A stretch of 64,000 bases of DNA, taken from NCBI RefSeq assembly GCF_041886205.1, contig NZ_CP169029.1. One strand, 5' to 3'. This document shows, in pieces, positions 1-11,672 of the stretch. The position numbers were made by a program, and so were the translations under genes. Below the pieces are notes generated by a model, which was given only the letters and a program-made list of their open reading frames with translations, did not search any database and was not told the origin of the DNA. Position 1 is the stretch's first letter, and each line of letters starts with the position of its first letter. Origin of the DNA: Escherichia coli. Lineage in GTDB: Bacteria; Pseudomonadota; Gammaproteobacteria; Enterobacterales; Enterobacteriaceae.

Positions 1-434
1 TCGAGGAACTCAGTCGCGGTTGGAACGCCTAGCTCATTTACCTGTAAAAGTAATTTGCGCGCCAGCTCCAGACCGTGATTTACCCGATAGCTACCGTTTA
101 AATCCGGATCGGAGATTAGTCCTTTCCAGCCGACAACAGTTCGTGGTTTTTCAAAATAGGTGCGCATTACGATTTCCAGCCGTGACTGGTACTGGTTGCG
201 CAGCGACTGCAGACGGGTGGCGTACTCCATTGCAGCGGTAAGATCGTGGATCGAGCAGGGGCCAATAATGACCAACAGTCGCTTATCTTCACCATTGAGT
301 ATTTTTTCAATTCTGCGGCGGGAGTCGGTGACATGGGTGGCGACGCCAGGCGTTACGGGATACCGTAGCGCGAGTTCGGCGGGCGTTACCAGGCTCTCAA
401 TACGCGCAGTACGGAGTTCGTCAGTTCTGTTCAT
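1..434 (-). CDS. aroH: DAHP synthase, Trp-sensitive (5' part; 3' end lies beyond the window start)
   Basis: Minus-strand reading frame from ATG at ~434 translates MNRTDELRTARIESLVTPAELALRYPVTPGV..., recognised as AroH N-terminus; no stop before window edge. Confidence 0.85.
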   Translation of the reverse strand, partial: MNRTDELRTARIESLVTPAELALRYPVTPGVATHVTDSRRRIEKILNGEDKRLLVIIGPCSIHDLTAAMEYATRLQSLRNQYQSRLEIVMRTYFEKPRTVVGWKGLISDPDLNGSYRVNHGLELARKLLLQVNELGVPTATEFL

Positions 435-590
435 TACAAGTCTCAGAAATTTGTTGCTTCTACGGCAGGACTGCCGGGAAGTGATGCGCATCACGATAAA
501 CCAATCGCTGCTGATTTCAAGTGCGAGGTGTGTCACACCTCGCAGGGTGGTTAGCATGATAACAAAAAAATAAGCTAATGCACTAGTTCT

Positions 591-1424
591 CTAGTACATT
601 CGGCGACTAAGGCCCATGATATCGAGGATCTTGGTGGCAATCTCTTCTACCGAATAATTGGTACTGTTAATCCACGGGATCTGATTTTTACGGTACAACG
701 CTTCCACTTCCGCGACTTCCATCCTGCACTGACGAAGCGAGGCATAGCGACTGTTCTCCCGACGCTCTTCACGAATCGCCGCCAGACGTTCCGGGTCGAT
801 AGTCAGGCCGAACAATTTATGCTGAAGCGGTTTGAGCGACGCGGGTAGCACCAGATTGTCCATATCGTCGGCAATAAAGGGGTAGTTTGCCGCGCGGATA
901 CCAAACTGCATTGCCAGATACAGACTGGTGGGGGTTTTACCACAGCGAGAAACACCGAGCAGGATCACCTGAGCCTGATCCAGATTGCGCAACGAAATGC
1001 CGTCATCGTGGGCGAGGGTGTAATCAATCGCCGCAATGCGCGCATCATATTTATTGAGATTATTAGGGTTAAGGCCATGGGTACGATGAGCAATCGGCGT
1101 TGGATCCAGTTTCATCTCTTGTTGTAGCGGGGCAACCAGCGCCTGAACGATATCCTGGCAAAAGCCTTCACTTTGCAAGATGATGGCGCGAATCTCCGGC
1201 AACACGATGGAGTAGAAGACCAGCGGGCGCACGCCTGTCTGGTGATAAATTGCGTCAATCTGATCCTTCACTGCCCGTGCACGGCTCTCATTTTCGACAA
1301 ACGGCAGCGTAATGCTGCTGATAGTGACGGGAAATTGTGACATTACTGCGTGTCCTAATACCTCCGCAGTTATTGCCGTACCATCAGAAATATAAAAAAC
1401 GTGGCGATCAACAGCATTATCCAT
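591..1424 (-). CDS. ppsR: PEP synthase regulatory protein (bifunctional kinase/pyrophosphorylase)
   Basis: 277-aa ORF in track; sequence recognised as PpsR (YdiA); divergent from ppsA as in K-12. Confidence 0.93.
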
Positions 1425-1755
1425 TTTGTTCTTCCCGTGATGCAGACATAATTCTATGAAAGCATAAATTAAAAACGCACAGAAGCGTAGAACGTTATGT
1501 CTGGTTTATAAAATGAACCTTCAATTTTATTTTTTATGAAAACAGCATTTCATTTTTACGGTTTCGTTTATACCGATGGTTTATGTGGAAATTGTCGAAG
1601 AGAGCAGATTTGCGCAACGCTGGGATCAGTCTTAAAAAGTAAAAAATATATTTGCTTGAACGATTCACCGTTTTTTTCATCCGGTTAAATATGCAAAGAT
1701 AAATGCGCAGAAATGTGTTTCTCAAACCGTTCATTTATCACAAAAGGATTGTTCG

Positions 1756-4134
1756 ATGTCCAACAATGGCTCGTCACCGCTGGTGCTTTGGTATAACCAA
1801 CTCGGCATGAATGATGTAGACAGGGTTGGGGGCAAAAATGCCTCCCTGGGTGAAATGATTACTAACCTTTCCGGAATGGGTGTTTCCGTTCCGAATGGTT
1901 TCGCCACAACCGCCGACGCGTTTAACCAGTTTCTGGACCAAAGCGGCGTAAACCAGCGCATTTATGAACTGCTGGATAAAACGGATATTGACGATGTTAC
2001 CCAGCTTGCGAAAGCGGGCGCGCAAATCCGCCAGTGGATTATCGACACTCCCTTCCAGCCTGAGCTGGAAAATGCCATCCGCGAAGCTTATGCACAGCTT
2101 TCCGCCGATGACGAAAACGCCTCTTTTGCGGTGCGCTCTTCCGCTACTGCAGAAGATATGCCGGACGCTTCCTTTGCCGGTCAGCAGGAAACCTTCCTCA
2201 ACGTTCAGGGTTTTGACGCCGTTCTCGTGGCAGTGAAACATGTATTTGCTTCTCTGTTTAACGATCGCGCCATCTCATATCGTGTGCACCAGGGTTACGA
2301 TCACCGTGGTGTGGCGCTCTCCGCCGGTGTTCAACGGATGGTGCGCTCTGACCTCGCATCATCTGGCGTGATGTTCTCCATTGATACCGAATCCGGCTTT
2401 GACCAGGTGGTGTTTATCACTTCCGCATGGGGCCTTGGTGAGATGGTCGTGCAGGGGGCGGTTAACCCGGATGAGTTTTACGTCCATAAACCGACACTTG
2501 CAGCGAATCGCCCGGCTATCGTGCGTCGCACCATGGGGTCGAAAAAAATCCGCATGGTTTACGCGCCGACCCAGGAGCACGGCAAGCAGGTTAAAATCGA
2601 AGACGTACCGCAGGAACAGCGTGACATCTTCTCGCTGACCAACGAAGAAGTGCAGGAACTGGCAAAACAGGCCGTACAAATTGAGAAACACTACGGTCGC
2701 CCGATGGATATTGAGTGGGCGAAAGATGGCCACACCGGCAAACTGTTCATTGTGCAGGCGCGTCCGGAAACCGTGCGCTCACGCGGTCAGGTCATGGAGC
2801 GTTATACACTGCATTCACAGGGTAAGATTATCGCCGAAGGCCGTGCTATCGGTCATCGCATCGGCGCGGGACCGGTGAAAGTCATCCATGACATCAGCGA
2901 AATGAACCGCATCGAACCTGGCGACGTGCTGGTTACTGACATGACCGACCCGGACTGGGAACCGATCATGAAGAAAGCATCTGCCATCGTCACCAACCGT
3001 GGCGGTCGTACCTGTCACGCGGCGATCATCGCTCGTGAACTGGGCATTCCGGCGGTAGTGGGCTGTGGTGATGCAACAGAACGGATGAAAGACGGTGAGA
3101 ACGTCACTGTTTCTTGTGCCGAAGGTGATACCGGTTACGTCTATGCGGAGTTGCTGGAATTTAGCGTGAAAAGCTCCAGCGTAGAAACGATGCCGGATCT
3201 GCCGTTGAAAGTGATGATGAACGTCGGTAACCCGGACCGAGCTTTCGACTTCGCCTGTCTGCCGAACGAAGGCGTGGGCCTTGCGCGTCTGGAATTTATC
3301 ATCAACCGTATGATTGGCGTCCACCCACGCGCACTGCTTGAGTTTGACGATCAGGAACCGCAGTTGCAAAACGAAATCCGCGAGATGATGAAAGGTTTTG
3401 ATTCTCCGCGTGAATTTTACGTTGGTCGTCTGACTGAAGGGATCGCGACGCTGGGTGCCGCGTTTTATCCGAAGCGCGTCATTGTCCGTCTCTCTGATTT
3501 TAAATCGAACGAATATGCCAACCTGGTCGGTGGTGAGCGTTATGAGCCAGATGAAGAGAACCCGATGCTCGGCTTCCGTGGCGCGGGCCGCTATGTTTCC
3601 GACAGCTTCCGCGACTGTTTCGCGCTGGAGTGTGAAGCAGTGAAACGTGTGCGCAACGACATGGGGCTGACCAACGTTGAGATCATGATCCCGTTCGTGC
3701 GTACCGTAGATCAGGCGAAAGCGGTGGTTGAGGAACTGGCGCGTCAGGGGCTGAAGCGTGGTGAGAACGGGCTGAAAATCATCATGATGTGTGAAATCCC
3801 GTCCAACGCCTTGCTGGCCGAGCAGTTCCTCGAATATTTCGACGGCTTCTCAATTGGCTCAAACGATATGACGCAGCTGGCGCTCGGTCTGGACCGTGAC
3901 TCCGGCGTGGTGTCTGAATTGTTCGATGAGCGCAACGATGCGGTGAAAGCACTGCTGTCGATGGCTATCCGTGCCGCTAAGAAACAGGGCAAATATGTCG
4001 GGATTTGCGGTCAGGGGCCGTCCGACCACGAAGACTTTGCCGCATGGTTGATGGAAGAGGGGATCGATAGCCTGTCTCTGAACCCGGATACTGTGGTGCA
4101 AACCTGGTTAAGCCTGGCTGAACTGAAGAAATAA
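1756..4134 (+). CDS. ppsA: phosphoenolpyruvate synthase
   Basis: 792-aa ORF; PEP-utilising enzyme motifs ([13 protein letters not shown]); full-length match to PpsA. Confidence 0.96.
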   Translation: MSNNGSSPLVLWYNQLGMNDVDRVGGKNASLGEMITNLSGMGVSVPNGFATTADAFNQFLDQSGVNQRIYELLDKTDIDDVTQLAKAGAQIRQWIIDTPFQPELENAIREAYAQLSADDENASFAVRSSATAEDMPDASFAGQQETFLNVQGFDAVLVAVKHVFASLFNDRAISYRVHQGYDHRGVALSAGVQRMVRSDLASSGVMFSIDTESGFDQVVFITSAWGLGEMVVQGAVNPDEFYVHKPTLAANRPAIVRRTMGSKKIRMVYAPTQEHGKQVKIEDVPQEQRDIFSLTNEEVQELAKQAVQIEKHYGRPMDIEWAKDGHTGKLFIVQARPETVRSRGQVMERYTLHSQGKIIAEGRAIGHRIGAGPVKVIHDISEMNRIEPGDVLVTDMTDPDWEPIMKKASAIVTNRGGRTCHAAIIARELGIPAVVGCGDATERMKDGENVTVSCAEGDTGYVYAELLEFSVKSSSVETMPDLPLKVMMNVGNPDRAFDFACLPNEGVGLARLEFIINRMIGVHPRALLEFDDQEPQLQNEIREMMKGFDSPREFYVGRLTEGIATLGAAFYPKRVIVRLSDFKSNEYANLVGGERYEPDEENPMLGFRGAGRYVSDSFRDCFALECEAVKRVRNDMGLTNVEIMIPFVRTVDQAKAVVEELARQGLKRGENGLKIIMMCEIPSNALLAEQFLEYFDGFSIGSNDMTQLALGLDRDSGVVSELFDERNDAVKALLSMAIRAAKKQGKYVGICGQGPSDHEDFAAWLMEEGIDSLSLNPDTVVQTWLSLAELKK

Positions 4135-4143
4135 AATAAATAC

Positions 4144-4172
4144 CCGGCGGCGTTTTGTCGCCGGGTTTATGT
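4144..4172. terminator. GC-rich hairpin (CCCGGCGGCG...CGCCGGG) flanked by A/T runs between convergent ppsA and fadK
   Basis: Inverted repeat seen directly in sequence, A-rich before and T-rich after; likely bidirectional. Confidence 0.6.
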
Positions 4173-4190
4173 GATCCCCAAAGATGAAAC

Positions 4191-5837
4191 TTATTCAATC
4201 TCTTCACAGACATCCTGAGTTAACCGCCGCATAATATCTTTTCTTAACAAAAACCTTTGTATTTTACCTGAGGCAGTGCGCGGTAGTTTTTCGATTACCA
4301 CGATATGTTCAGGATATTTATATTTTGCGACCCGTTTACGGCTAAAAAAAGCCACCACCTCTTCCAGCGATAATGAATGATGCGGCGCTTTCAGCACGAC
4401 ATAAGCGCATGATCGTTCACCTAAACGTTCATCGGGCATTGCAACCACACAGGCATCGTGAATTTTAGGATGCTGCAATAAAATATCTTCCACTTCAAGG
4501 CTGCTAATATTTTCGCCGCCGCGGACAATAATATCTTTTTTGCGTCCGGTAATTTTTATATAGCCAGCCTCATCCATACGGCAGAGATCGCCGCTGTAAT
4601 ACCAGCCTTCTTCATCCAGCGCACGGGCGGTTAATTCAGGTTCATCAAAATATCCCATAAACACATTGGGGCCACGCGAGGCTTCTTCACCTTCGCAACC
4701 TGGCGGTAAGGTCTTGCGTGCGTCATCGACCACTTTAATCTCTACACCTGCGGCAGCGTAACCATCGGTGTGCATAAAGCGCGACAAAGGATCATCGAGA
4801 TTCACCACCGCATGCGGCGAACTTTCTGTGGAACCATAAACACTTAATAATTTAATGCTGCGCTGCTGGCATTCACGCGCCACTTTTTTGGGGATTGTGG
4901 TGCCACCGCAAAGAAAGAAGCGCAGCGCTGAAAGGTCTGCGGGCTGTTTCTCTAGCAAATTCAAAAGATCATAGACAAACGGCGTTGCGCCGAGCATACA
5001 GGTGCAACGCTGCTGCTCAAGCAGCGCGAGACACGCATCAGGAGTGAAAATATCTAACAACACGCTGCGAGCACCAATCAAAAATGGTGCTGTTACGCCA
5101 TGCAGAAAGCCCGTTGCGTGGCCGAGTGGCGCAGGCATCATAAAGACATCCTGCCAGGTCAGATTCAGCCGCGTGCAATAAGCCCGCTCACTGGCGAGAA
5201 TATTGTTATGCGTTAGCATCACGCCCTTTGGCAGACCCTCGGTTCCGGAGGTAAACAGCACCGCAGCTAATTCATCGCCGTGGGTCGTTATCGCCGTGGT
5301 CAGTGGGGTATTGTCGGCGATAATCTGACTTAATGAGAGGGAAGAGGTGGCGGGAGCCAGTTTGTCCACGCCGACAATTTGTTGTAGTTGTGGAAGCTGA
5401 TTTTGCAGCGGCAGGATTAAATCTACCGGGCGCGTTTGTTTAAACAACGTCGGTGCAAAGAACATTTTTGCCTGACACTTATTGAGCACCCACACCAGTT
5501 CTGCTTCCCGCCAGGAAGGCAACAGCGGCACGGAAACCGCACCGATTTTCAGGCAGGCAAGATAGATAACGGTAAATTCACACCAGCCAGGCAGTTGAAA
5601 TGCGATGCGATCGCCTGATTCAATACCCTTCGCTAACATCCAGTTTGCCAGACAGCTCGCGGCGTGATCGAGCGCGCTATAGGTGTACGATGCACCATGA
5701 TTATCGACCACGGCAATTTTGTCTGGCATCGCACGAGCGGTCTGCTGCCAGTAATCGGCCAGCGAAGCATCGCCCCATAGCCCTTGCTGACGATACGCCG
5801 CACGACGTTGTTCGTTGAACGTTAATGTCACTTTCAT
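4191..5837 (-). CDS. fadK: short-chain acyl-CoA synthetase (anaerobic)
   Basis: ORF 4191..5891; start chosen at internal Met (MKVTLTFNEQ...) giving 548 aa; AMP-binding motifs (FTSGTEGLPKGV). Confidence 0.88.
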   Translation of the reverse strand: MKVTLTFNEQRRAAYRQQGLWGDASLADYWQQTARAMPDKIAVVDNHGASYTYSALDHAASCLANWMLAKGIESGDRIAFQLPGWCEFTVIYLACLKIGAVSVPLLPSWREAELVWVLNKCQAKMFFAPTLFKQTRPVDLILPLQNQLPQLQQIVGVDKLAPATSSLSLSQIIADNTPLTTAITTHGDELAAVLFTSGTEGLPKGVMLTHNNILASERAYCTRLNLTWQDVFMMPAPLGHATGFLHGVTAPFLIGARSVLLDIFTPDACLALLEQQRCTCMLGATPFVYDLLNLLEKQPADLSALRFFLCGGTTIPKKVARECQQRSIKLLSVYGSTESSPHAVVNLDDPLSRFMHTDGYAAAGVEIKVVDDARKTLPPGCEGEEASRGPNVFMGYFDEPELTARALDEEGWYYSGDLCRMDEAGYIKITGRKKDIIVRGGENISSLEVEDILLQHPKIHDACVVAMPDERLGERSCAYVVLKAPHHSLSLEEVVAFFSRKRVAKYKYPEHIVVIEKLPRTASGKIQRFLLRKDIMRRLTQDVCEEIE

Positions 5838-5893
5838 GTTGGACTCTCGAAACAGAACATCAGGCCCGAGATGCGGGCCTGTGGGATGCATGA

Positions 5894-6187
5894 TTAGCCG
5901 TAGCGAAAATCAATACCGAAGGTGCCTGCGGGATATTGCCACTGTTCGAGAATAGTGTTACCGCACAGCACCCGACAGGTGCCGCACTCCAGACAACCGG
6001 CAGAATCAAAATGAATGTTGCCGGCGTCATCCTGCTTATAAAGTCCGGCAGGGCAGGCTTTCATTAATTTACGGAATTCATTGATATCGGGATTTGCCGC
6101 CAGAATGATATGCGGGTGGCCCTCATCAACATGGAATTTATTGACGCCTAATTTGATGTCGACGTTAACCGTAGCGTTCTGGCTCAT
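5894..6187 (-). CDS. ydiT: ferredoxin-like protein (FixX family)
   Basis: 97-aa ORF with Cys-rich 4Fe-4S motif; position downstream of ydiS. Confidence 0.88.
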   Translation of the reverse strand: MSQNATVNVDIKLGVNKFHVDEGHPHIILAANPDINEFRKLMKACPAGLYKQDDAGNIHFDSAGCLECGTCRVLCGNTILEQWQYPAGTFGIDFRYG

Positions 6188-7473
6188 AGCGCGGTTGCTC
6201 CCTTAATGCCATCTTTCAGCAAGTTGATCAGCCCAATTTTCTTCGCATGTCCCATGATCATTTTTCGTACCGGCTGGTTTGGTTTGCCGTCAATGGTGAA
6301 CATCTCGTTCATGATGTCGGCGACCATGCGCGGATACTGACTAAACAGGCGCGGGTTTTCCATCAGCGCCGGGATCTTGCGAAAATGCTGCATATCACGC
6401 ATGACGCAGCTTTGTTCCAGCTCACGTTTGTATTGCGCCAGACCGCTGGCGGAGAAATCCTCGCGTTTTTTGGCGGCGATCACCGTTGTGGCGGCAGCCT
6501 GAGCCGATGCAATGGCTAAATCCATGCCGCGGACCGTAAAACCCAAATTCAGGCAGAAGCCTGCGGCGTCACCAACGATCATCACGCCCTCGTTAACCAG
6601 TTGCGGCACCATTGCCAGACCGCCTTCCGGCACCATATGTGCGGAATATTCAAGCAGTTTGCCGCCGCTAATCAGCGGGCGAATGGCGGGGTGTTGTTTA
6701 AAATCTTCCAGCATTTGCGGCACGCTTTTTTGCGCATGGGCGATATCACCCAATCCACAAACCAGCCCCAAGGATATGGAATCCTTGTTGGTATAGAGAA
6801 ATCCCCCGCCCATCAGGCCGTCAGAAGGGGAACCGGCAAACAGCCAGGCGGCACCTTCCTCGCCCGTAATATTAAAGCGATCGTTGATCTGTTCTGGTGT
6901 GAGGCCAATAACCTCTTTAACACCAACAGCGTAATGATGCGGATCGGAAGCGGGAACCATTCCCAGCGAGCGGCCAAGCATCGAGTTAACGCCATCAGCC
7001 AGAATCACCACATTCGCTTCGAGAATATCATCCCCAGCCTGGACGCCAGTGACCTTGTTTCCTTCACGAACCAGCGCATCGACGCGAACGCCCGGGATAA
7101 ACTGTGCGCCCGCCTGCTCGGCTTGTTCCATCAACCACGGGTCCAGACGATTACGCAATACGGTATAAGACGCGTGTTGCGGAACATCTGGTTGCTCGCG
7201 GTGAAAGTCGAGGGTAACGGCGCTTTCTTCGGTTAAGAAGGAGATTTTCTCGCGTGTGACCTTGCGTTCTACCGGCGCTGATACTGCAAAGCCTGGAATG
7301 ATTGCTTCAAGTGTGTGGGCATAAAGACGCCCGCCGGTCATGTTTTTACATCCGGCACTGTCGCCGCGTTCTATCACCAGGACATCCAGCCCGGCTCGCG
7401 CCATGACCAGTGCGGCAACGCTACCAGCAACGCCCGCACCGACCACAATGGCATCAAATTTGTCATCCGACAT
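6184..7473 (-). CDS. ydiS: FAD-dependent oxidoreductase (FixC/ETF-QO-like)
   Basis: 429-aa ORF; N-terminal GxGxxG FAD motif (VVGAGVAGS); stop overlaps ydiT start. Confidence 0.9.
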   Translation of the reverse strand: MSDDKFDAIVVGAGVAGSVAALVMARAGLDVLVIERGDSAGCKNMTGGRLYAHTLEAIIPGFAVSAPVERKVTREKISFLTEESAVTLDFHREQPDVPQHASYTVLRNRLDPWLMEQAEQAGAQFIPGVRVDALVREGNKVTGVQAGDDILEANVVILADGVNSMLGRSLGMVPASDPHHYAVGVKEVIGLTPEQINDRFNITGEEGAAWLFAGSPSDGLMGGGFLYTNKDSISLGLVCGLGDIAHAQKSVPQMLEDFKQHPAIRPLISGGKLLEYSAHMVPEGGLAMVPQLVNEGVMIVGDAAGFCLNLGFTVRGMDLAIASAQAAATTVIAAKKREDFSASGLAQYKRELEQSCVMRDMQHFRKIPALMENPRLFSQYPRMVADIMNEMFTIDGKPNQPVRKMIMGHAKKIGLINLLKDGIKGATAL

Positions 7474-7528
7474 GCGTTATGCTCCCTTCCCGCTGCGTTT
7501 ACAGCGGGAGATGTGGTTGAAAGGGGAA

Positions 7529-8467
7529 TTAGCGGCTCAACTGGCTAATCAGGGCAGGGACGACTTTGTAGATATCGCCCACCAGACCGTAGTCGGCATA
7601 GTTGAAGATTGGCGCATTTTTATCTTTATTGATGGCGACAATCACTTTTGCGCCGTTGCCGCCAACCATATGCTGGATCTGCCCGGAGATCCCCAGCGTC
7701 AGGTAGAGATCGGATTTCAGTAACACGCCGGAGACACCGATATAACGTTCACGCTCCATCCAGTTCTCGCCTTCGGCAATTGGACGTGAACAGCCGACTT
7801 CAGCATTCAGAACCGCCGCCAGTTCGTGGACCATTTTCAGGTCATCCTGCGCTGCCAGACCACGACCGACGCCAACCACACGTTTTGCTTTGCTCAGGTC
7901 CACGCTGCTTGCCGCTTTCGCACGGCGCTCGCGACAGAGAATTTCATGACGCGGAGCAACATAAGGTACCGTTTCTGTCGGGCATTGATGAGAGTTATCA
8001 CTGGCGCACGGTTCCTGTACACCGGGTGCAAGGGTAATGATCGCCAGCGGGCTGTTGATCTTTTCCTGAGCGAACGCTAACCCGCCATACATCCGGTGTT
8101 CGGCGCAAATGTGATCATCGACAATATCCACCGCCGTGGCATCGTTCACCAGCGCCGCATTCAGTTGCACACTTAACCGTGCTGCCAGAGCTTTACTACG
8201 TTTCGTCGCGGCCAACAGCAACATAGCGGGGTGTTTATCTTTCAGCAGGGCAGCAATGCTTTCGGCGTAATTTTCAGTACGTTGCAGCGCGTCGTTTTGC
8301 GCAAGAACATAAATACATTTTGGACCATAAGGCATAACTGCCTGCGCCTGGTCGGTATTTTGTACAATGGCATACACCTGTTGGCCCCATTGCTGCGCGC
8401 CGCCAAACAGTTCAGCATAACGTTCAGGATTATCGCTAAAGACCCAGACGCTGTTTAATTGACTCAT
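7529..8467 (-). CDS. ydiR: electron transfer flavoprotein alpha subunit-like
   Basis: 312-aa ORF recognised as EtfA/FixB homolog. Confidence 0.9.
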   Translation of the reverse strand: MSQLNSVWVFSDNPERYAELFGGAQQWGQQVYAIVQNTDQAQAVMPYGPKCIYVLAQNDALQRTENYAESIAALLKDKHPAMLLLAATKRSKALAARLSVQLNAALVNDATAVDIVDDHICAEHRMYGGLAFAQEKINSPLAIITLAPGVQEPCASDNSHQCPTETVPYVAPRHEILCRERRAKAASSVDLSKAKRVVGVGRGLAAQDDLKMVHELAAVLNAEVGCSRPIAEGENWMERERYIGVSGVLLKSDLYLTLGISGQIQHMVGGNGAKVIVAINKDKNAPIFNYADYGLVGDIYKVVPALISQLSR

Positions 8468-8486
8468 CGTTTCTTCTCCGTAGGCT

Positions 8487-9251
8487 TCAGTTCAGGGCTT
8501 TCTTCAGATGTTCCGCCAGCTCGGCAATGGCCTCCGGCGAATCGTTATCGAGAATGATGTGCTTACGTTCTGTTTGCGGCGGTACGCGAATGCCGACCAG
8601 TTCAGCAAGTGGCGCGCTCTGGCTCCAGCCAATATCACTTGCCTGCCACTGATTTACCGGTTTTTTACCCGCGCCAAGAATGGCTTTCATCGAAGGAATG
8701 CGTGGCACGTTAATATCGGAGGTGACGCAGAGCACGGCTGGAACAGAGAGTTCAATAACTTCAACATCATCTTCAAGCGTGCGTTCAATCACCAGTGTAT
8801 TGCCCTGACGCTGAATAGCACTCACTGCATTAATCACCGGAAGTTGCAGAATTTCTCCGACCAGCAAGCCAACCTGCTGGGCATAAAGGTCGCCGGAACC
8901 TTCACCAAAGATCAGTAAATCGAAGCCGATCTTTTCAACTGCTGCCGCCAGTGCTTTTGCGGTATCGAGAGGCAGTGCATGTTCAAGTTGCGCATCCTGC
9001 ACCAAATACAGGCTGTGCGGCCCGCGGGATAGCACGTCTTTGCGCACTTTCGAGTTCTGCAACAATGAGCCGCCAACGGTCAGCGCGGCTATCTCATCGT
9101 CATCTGTTGCAAGCTGGCTTGCAGCTTCAATGGCATTGAGATCGAACTGGCTGATTTTGGCGTCGGCATTATCGAAATTCAGGGTGTATTCTGGAGTGAC
9201 AACAATGTCCTGTTCTTCAGGCACCAGCTTAAAGCAGGTTATTATTTTCAT
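8487..9251 (-). CDS. ydiQ: electron transfer flavoprotein beta subunit-like
   Basis: ORF 8487..9350; start chosen at MKIITCFKLV with AGGAGA RBS upstream, giving 254 aa. Confidence 0.88.
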   Translation of the reverse strand: MKIITCFKLVPEEQDIVVTPEYTLNFDNADAKISQFDLNAIEAASQLATDDDEIAALTVGGSLLQNSKVRKDVLSRGPHSLYLVQDAQLEHALPLDTAKALAAAVEKIGFDLLIFGEGSGDLYAQQVGLLVGEILQLPVINAVSAIQRQGNTLVIERTLEDDVEVIELSVPAVLCVTSDINVPRIPSMKAILGAGKKPVNQWQASDIGWSQSAPLAELVGIRVPPQTERKHIILDNDSPEAIAELAEHLKKALN

Positions 9252-9566
9252 GATTTCTCCTGTGAGTCGCATACGGAACCATCTCCGATGGAAGGTAAAA
9301 ATGGCCTGAAAATAGTGTGCGATAGCGGTGCGGGGTTTTCGACGGAGCAAGCTGTTTTCCTTGCCAACAATCTTGCAAAAAAAATGCGATCGCTAAAACA
9401 AAAGTGCAATTTGCGGCAATATAGTTATTCCATGACCGTACAATCTTGCATTCAGTGTAAATAATCTTGTTTAGCTCTCGCTAAACGCGGTTGTATAACC
9501 GCAATACACGCCGTATTTTATCCGGCATATATTGTTTTTGCTTGCTCATGGAATAGGGAGGTTGTC

Positions 9567-10478
9567 ATGTATCAACGCTGTTTTGATAATGCCAGTGAAA
9601 CGCTGTTTGTCGCCGGTAAAATGCCACGGCTTTCACGTTTTGCATTTAGCGATGATCCAAAATGGGAGTCTGGACATCACGTTCATGACAATGAAACCGA
9701 GCTGATTTACGTCAAGAAAGGGGTGGCAAGGTTTACCATCGATTCTTCATTATATGTCGCGCATGCAGATGATATAGTGGTGATAGAACGCGGCAGGTTG
9801 CATGCGGTGGCCTCTGACGTTAACGATCCGGCAACGACGTGTACTTGTGCGCTGTATGGCTTTCAGTTTCAGGGGGCTGAGGAAAATCAGCTACTGCAAC
9901 CGCATTCTTGTCCGGTAATTGCCGCGGGGCAGGGAAAAGAAGTCATAAAAACCTTATTTAATGAGCTAAGTGTGATTTTGCCGCAAAGTAAAAATAGCCA
10001 AACATCTTCGTTATGGGATGCATTTGCCTATACATTAGCAATTCTTTACTACGAAAACTTTAAAAATGCTTATCGTTCGGAGCAGGGGTATATTAAAAAA
10101 GATGTTCTGATAAAAGATATTCTTTTTTATCTGAATAATAATTATCGCGAAAAAATCACTTTAGAACAGTTATCGAAAAAATTTCGTGCCAGCGTCAGTT
10201 ATATTTGCCATGAATTTACCAAAGAGTATCGTATTTCCCCTATTAACTATGTTATTCAACGGCGTATGACGGAAGCAAAATGGTCACTCACTAATACTGA
10301 ATTATCACAGGCAGAGATCTCCTGGCGTGTGGGTTATGAAAATGTCGATCACTTTGCCAAACTGTTTTTGCGCCATGTCGGTTGTTCGCCCAGCGATTAC
10401 CGTAGGCAATTTAAAAATTGTTTTGCGGAACAAGAAATCTTATCTGAATTTCCTCAACCGGTAAGTCTTGTTGGATAA
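9567..10478 (+). CDS. ydiP: AraC-family transcriptional regulator
   Basis: 303-aa ORF with C-terminal AraC-type HTH; divergent from ydiQRST-fadK. Confidence 0.88.
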   Translation: MYQRCFDNASETLFVAGKMPRLSRFAFSDDPKWESGHHVHDNETELIYVKKGVARFTIDSSLYVAHADDIVVIERGRLHAVASDVNDPATTCTCALYGFQFQGAEENQLLQPHSCPVIAAGQGKEVIKTLFNELSVILPQSKNSQTSSLWDAFAYTLAILYYENFKNAYRSEQGYIKKDVLIKDILFYLNNNYREKITLEQLSKKFRASVSYICHEFTKEYRISPINYVIQRRMTEAKWSLTNTELSQAEISWRVGYENVDHFAKLFLRHVGCSPSDYRRQFKNCFAEQEILSEFPQPVSLVG

Positions 10479-10520
10479 ATCTGGCGGCGCACTTTGTTAG
10501 GAAGCTGCGCCGCCTGCAGA

Positions 10521-11672
10521 TTATTTGTTCTGATAATCTTTCAGGATCTGCCGACCTGCTACGTAAATCATAATTTCGTCTGTACCGCCGCCGATACGTT
10601 CACAACGGACATCACGCCAGAAGCGGGAGACGCGCGCCTCATCGGTATAGCCCAGACCGCCCATGATTTGAATCGCATCATCAATGACTTCCATTGCGGT
10701 ACGTGCACAGTACAGTTTTGCCAGCGCCGCGCTGGTGCGCAGTGATTGATGCTGATCGGCTTGCCATGCCACTTTCAGCACCATGTTGCGCATGTTGTCG
10801 ATCTTAATCGCCATCAGCGCCAGTTTTTCCTGGATCATCTGGTTATGCCCAATGGGTTTACCAAAAGCGATACGCTGGTTGGCATAGCGAGCGGCATCTT
10901 CAAAGGCACACTCGGCAAAGCCGGTGCTGCGCGCGGCGTTGATCAGGCGCTCCATCTCAAAGTTGTACATCACATTGAGGAAACCCATTCCTTCTTCGCC
11001 CACCATGTCGCTCTCTTCAACTTCCACGTTGTCGAGATAGACTTCGCAGGTGCTGAGCATATGCCAGCCGATTTTATGCAGCGGGTTAATCTTAATGCCG
11101 GGCTTACTGGAGTCGACCCACCACAGGGTGAAGGCCTTTTTCGGATCATTCGGTTCAGGATCGCGCGCCAGCACCAGCATATATGGGTACTCTTTCGCAC
11201 CGGTAATAAAGGTTTTCTGTCCGTTGATGTAAACCTTGCCGTTTTTACGCGTGTAAGTGGTGGTGGCACTGTTGTTGTCTGAGCCTGCGCCTGGCTCCGT
11301 CAACGCCAGGGCATAGGCGGGATCACCCGTTTCCAGGGTGCTTTCTGCCGTTTTACGTAGCTGCTCTGCAGAACCGAAACGGCGCATACTGTGAATACAT
11401 TGACCGTTGGTGATCAAAAATGCCGGAGCACCGCATTTTGACACTTCCATCAGCGCCAGCATCTGGGTGACGTAATCCGCAGGGATACCACCAAATTCTT
11501 CCGGCACGCCAAGCATGGAAATACCGTTATCCGCCAGTGCCCGCATAAATTCACGCGGGTATGTCCCGTTTTGATCGCAGGTGCGGAAATACTCTTCCGG
11601 AAAGTTAGTCGTAATCAGTTCGCGAATACTGGCCAGCAGCAGTTCTTGTTCTTCAGTTAAAGAAAAATCCAT
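10521..11672 (-). CDS. ydiO: acyl-CoA dehydrogenase (CaiA-like)
   Basis: ORF 10521..11726; start chosen at MDFSLTEEQELL giving 383 aa; acyl-CoA dehydrogenase family. Confidence 0.88.
   Translation of the reverse strand: MDFSLTEEQELLLASIRELITTNFPEEYFRTCDQNGTYPREFMRALADNGISMLGVPEEFGGIPADYVTQMLALMEVSKCGAPAFLITNGQCIHSMRRFGSAEQLRKTAESTLETGDPAYALALTEPGAGSDNNSATTTYTRKNGKVYINGQKTFITGAKEYPYMLVLARDPEPNDPKKAFTLWWVDSSKPGIKINPLHKIGWHMLSTCEVYLDNVEVEESDMVGEEGMGFLNVMYNFEMERLINAARSTGFAECAFEDAARYANQRIAFGKPIGHNQMIQEKLALMAIKIDNMRNMVLKVAWQADQHQSLRTSAALAKLYCARTAMEVIDDAIQIMGGLGYTDEARVSRFWRDVRCERIGGGTDEIMIYVAGRQILKDYQNK

Noticed and set aside
160-573. 137-aa plus-strand ORF at the window start
   Set aside because: Antisense to the aroH 5' coding region, which translates cleanly as DAHP synthase on the minus strand.
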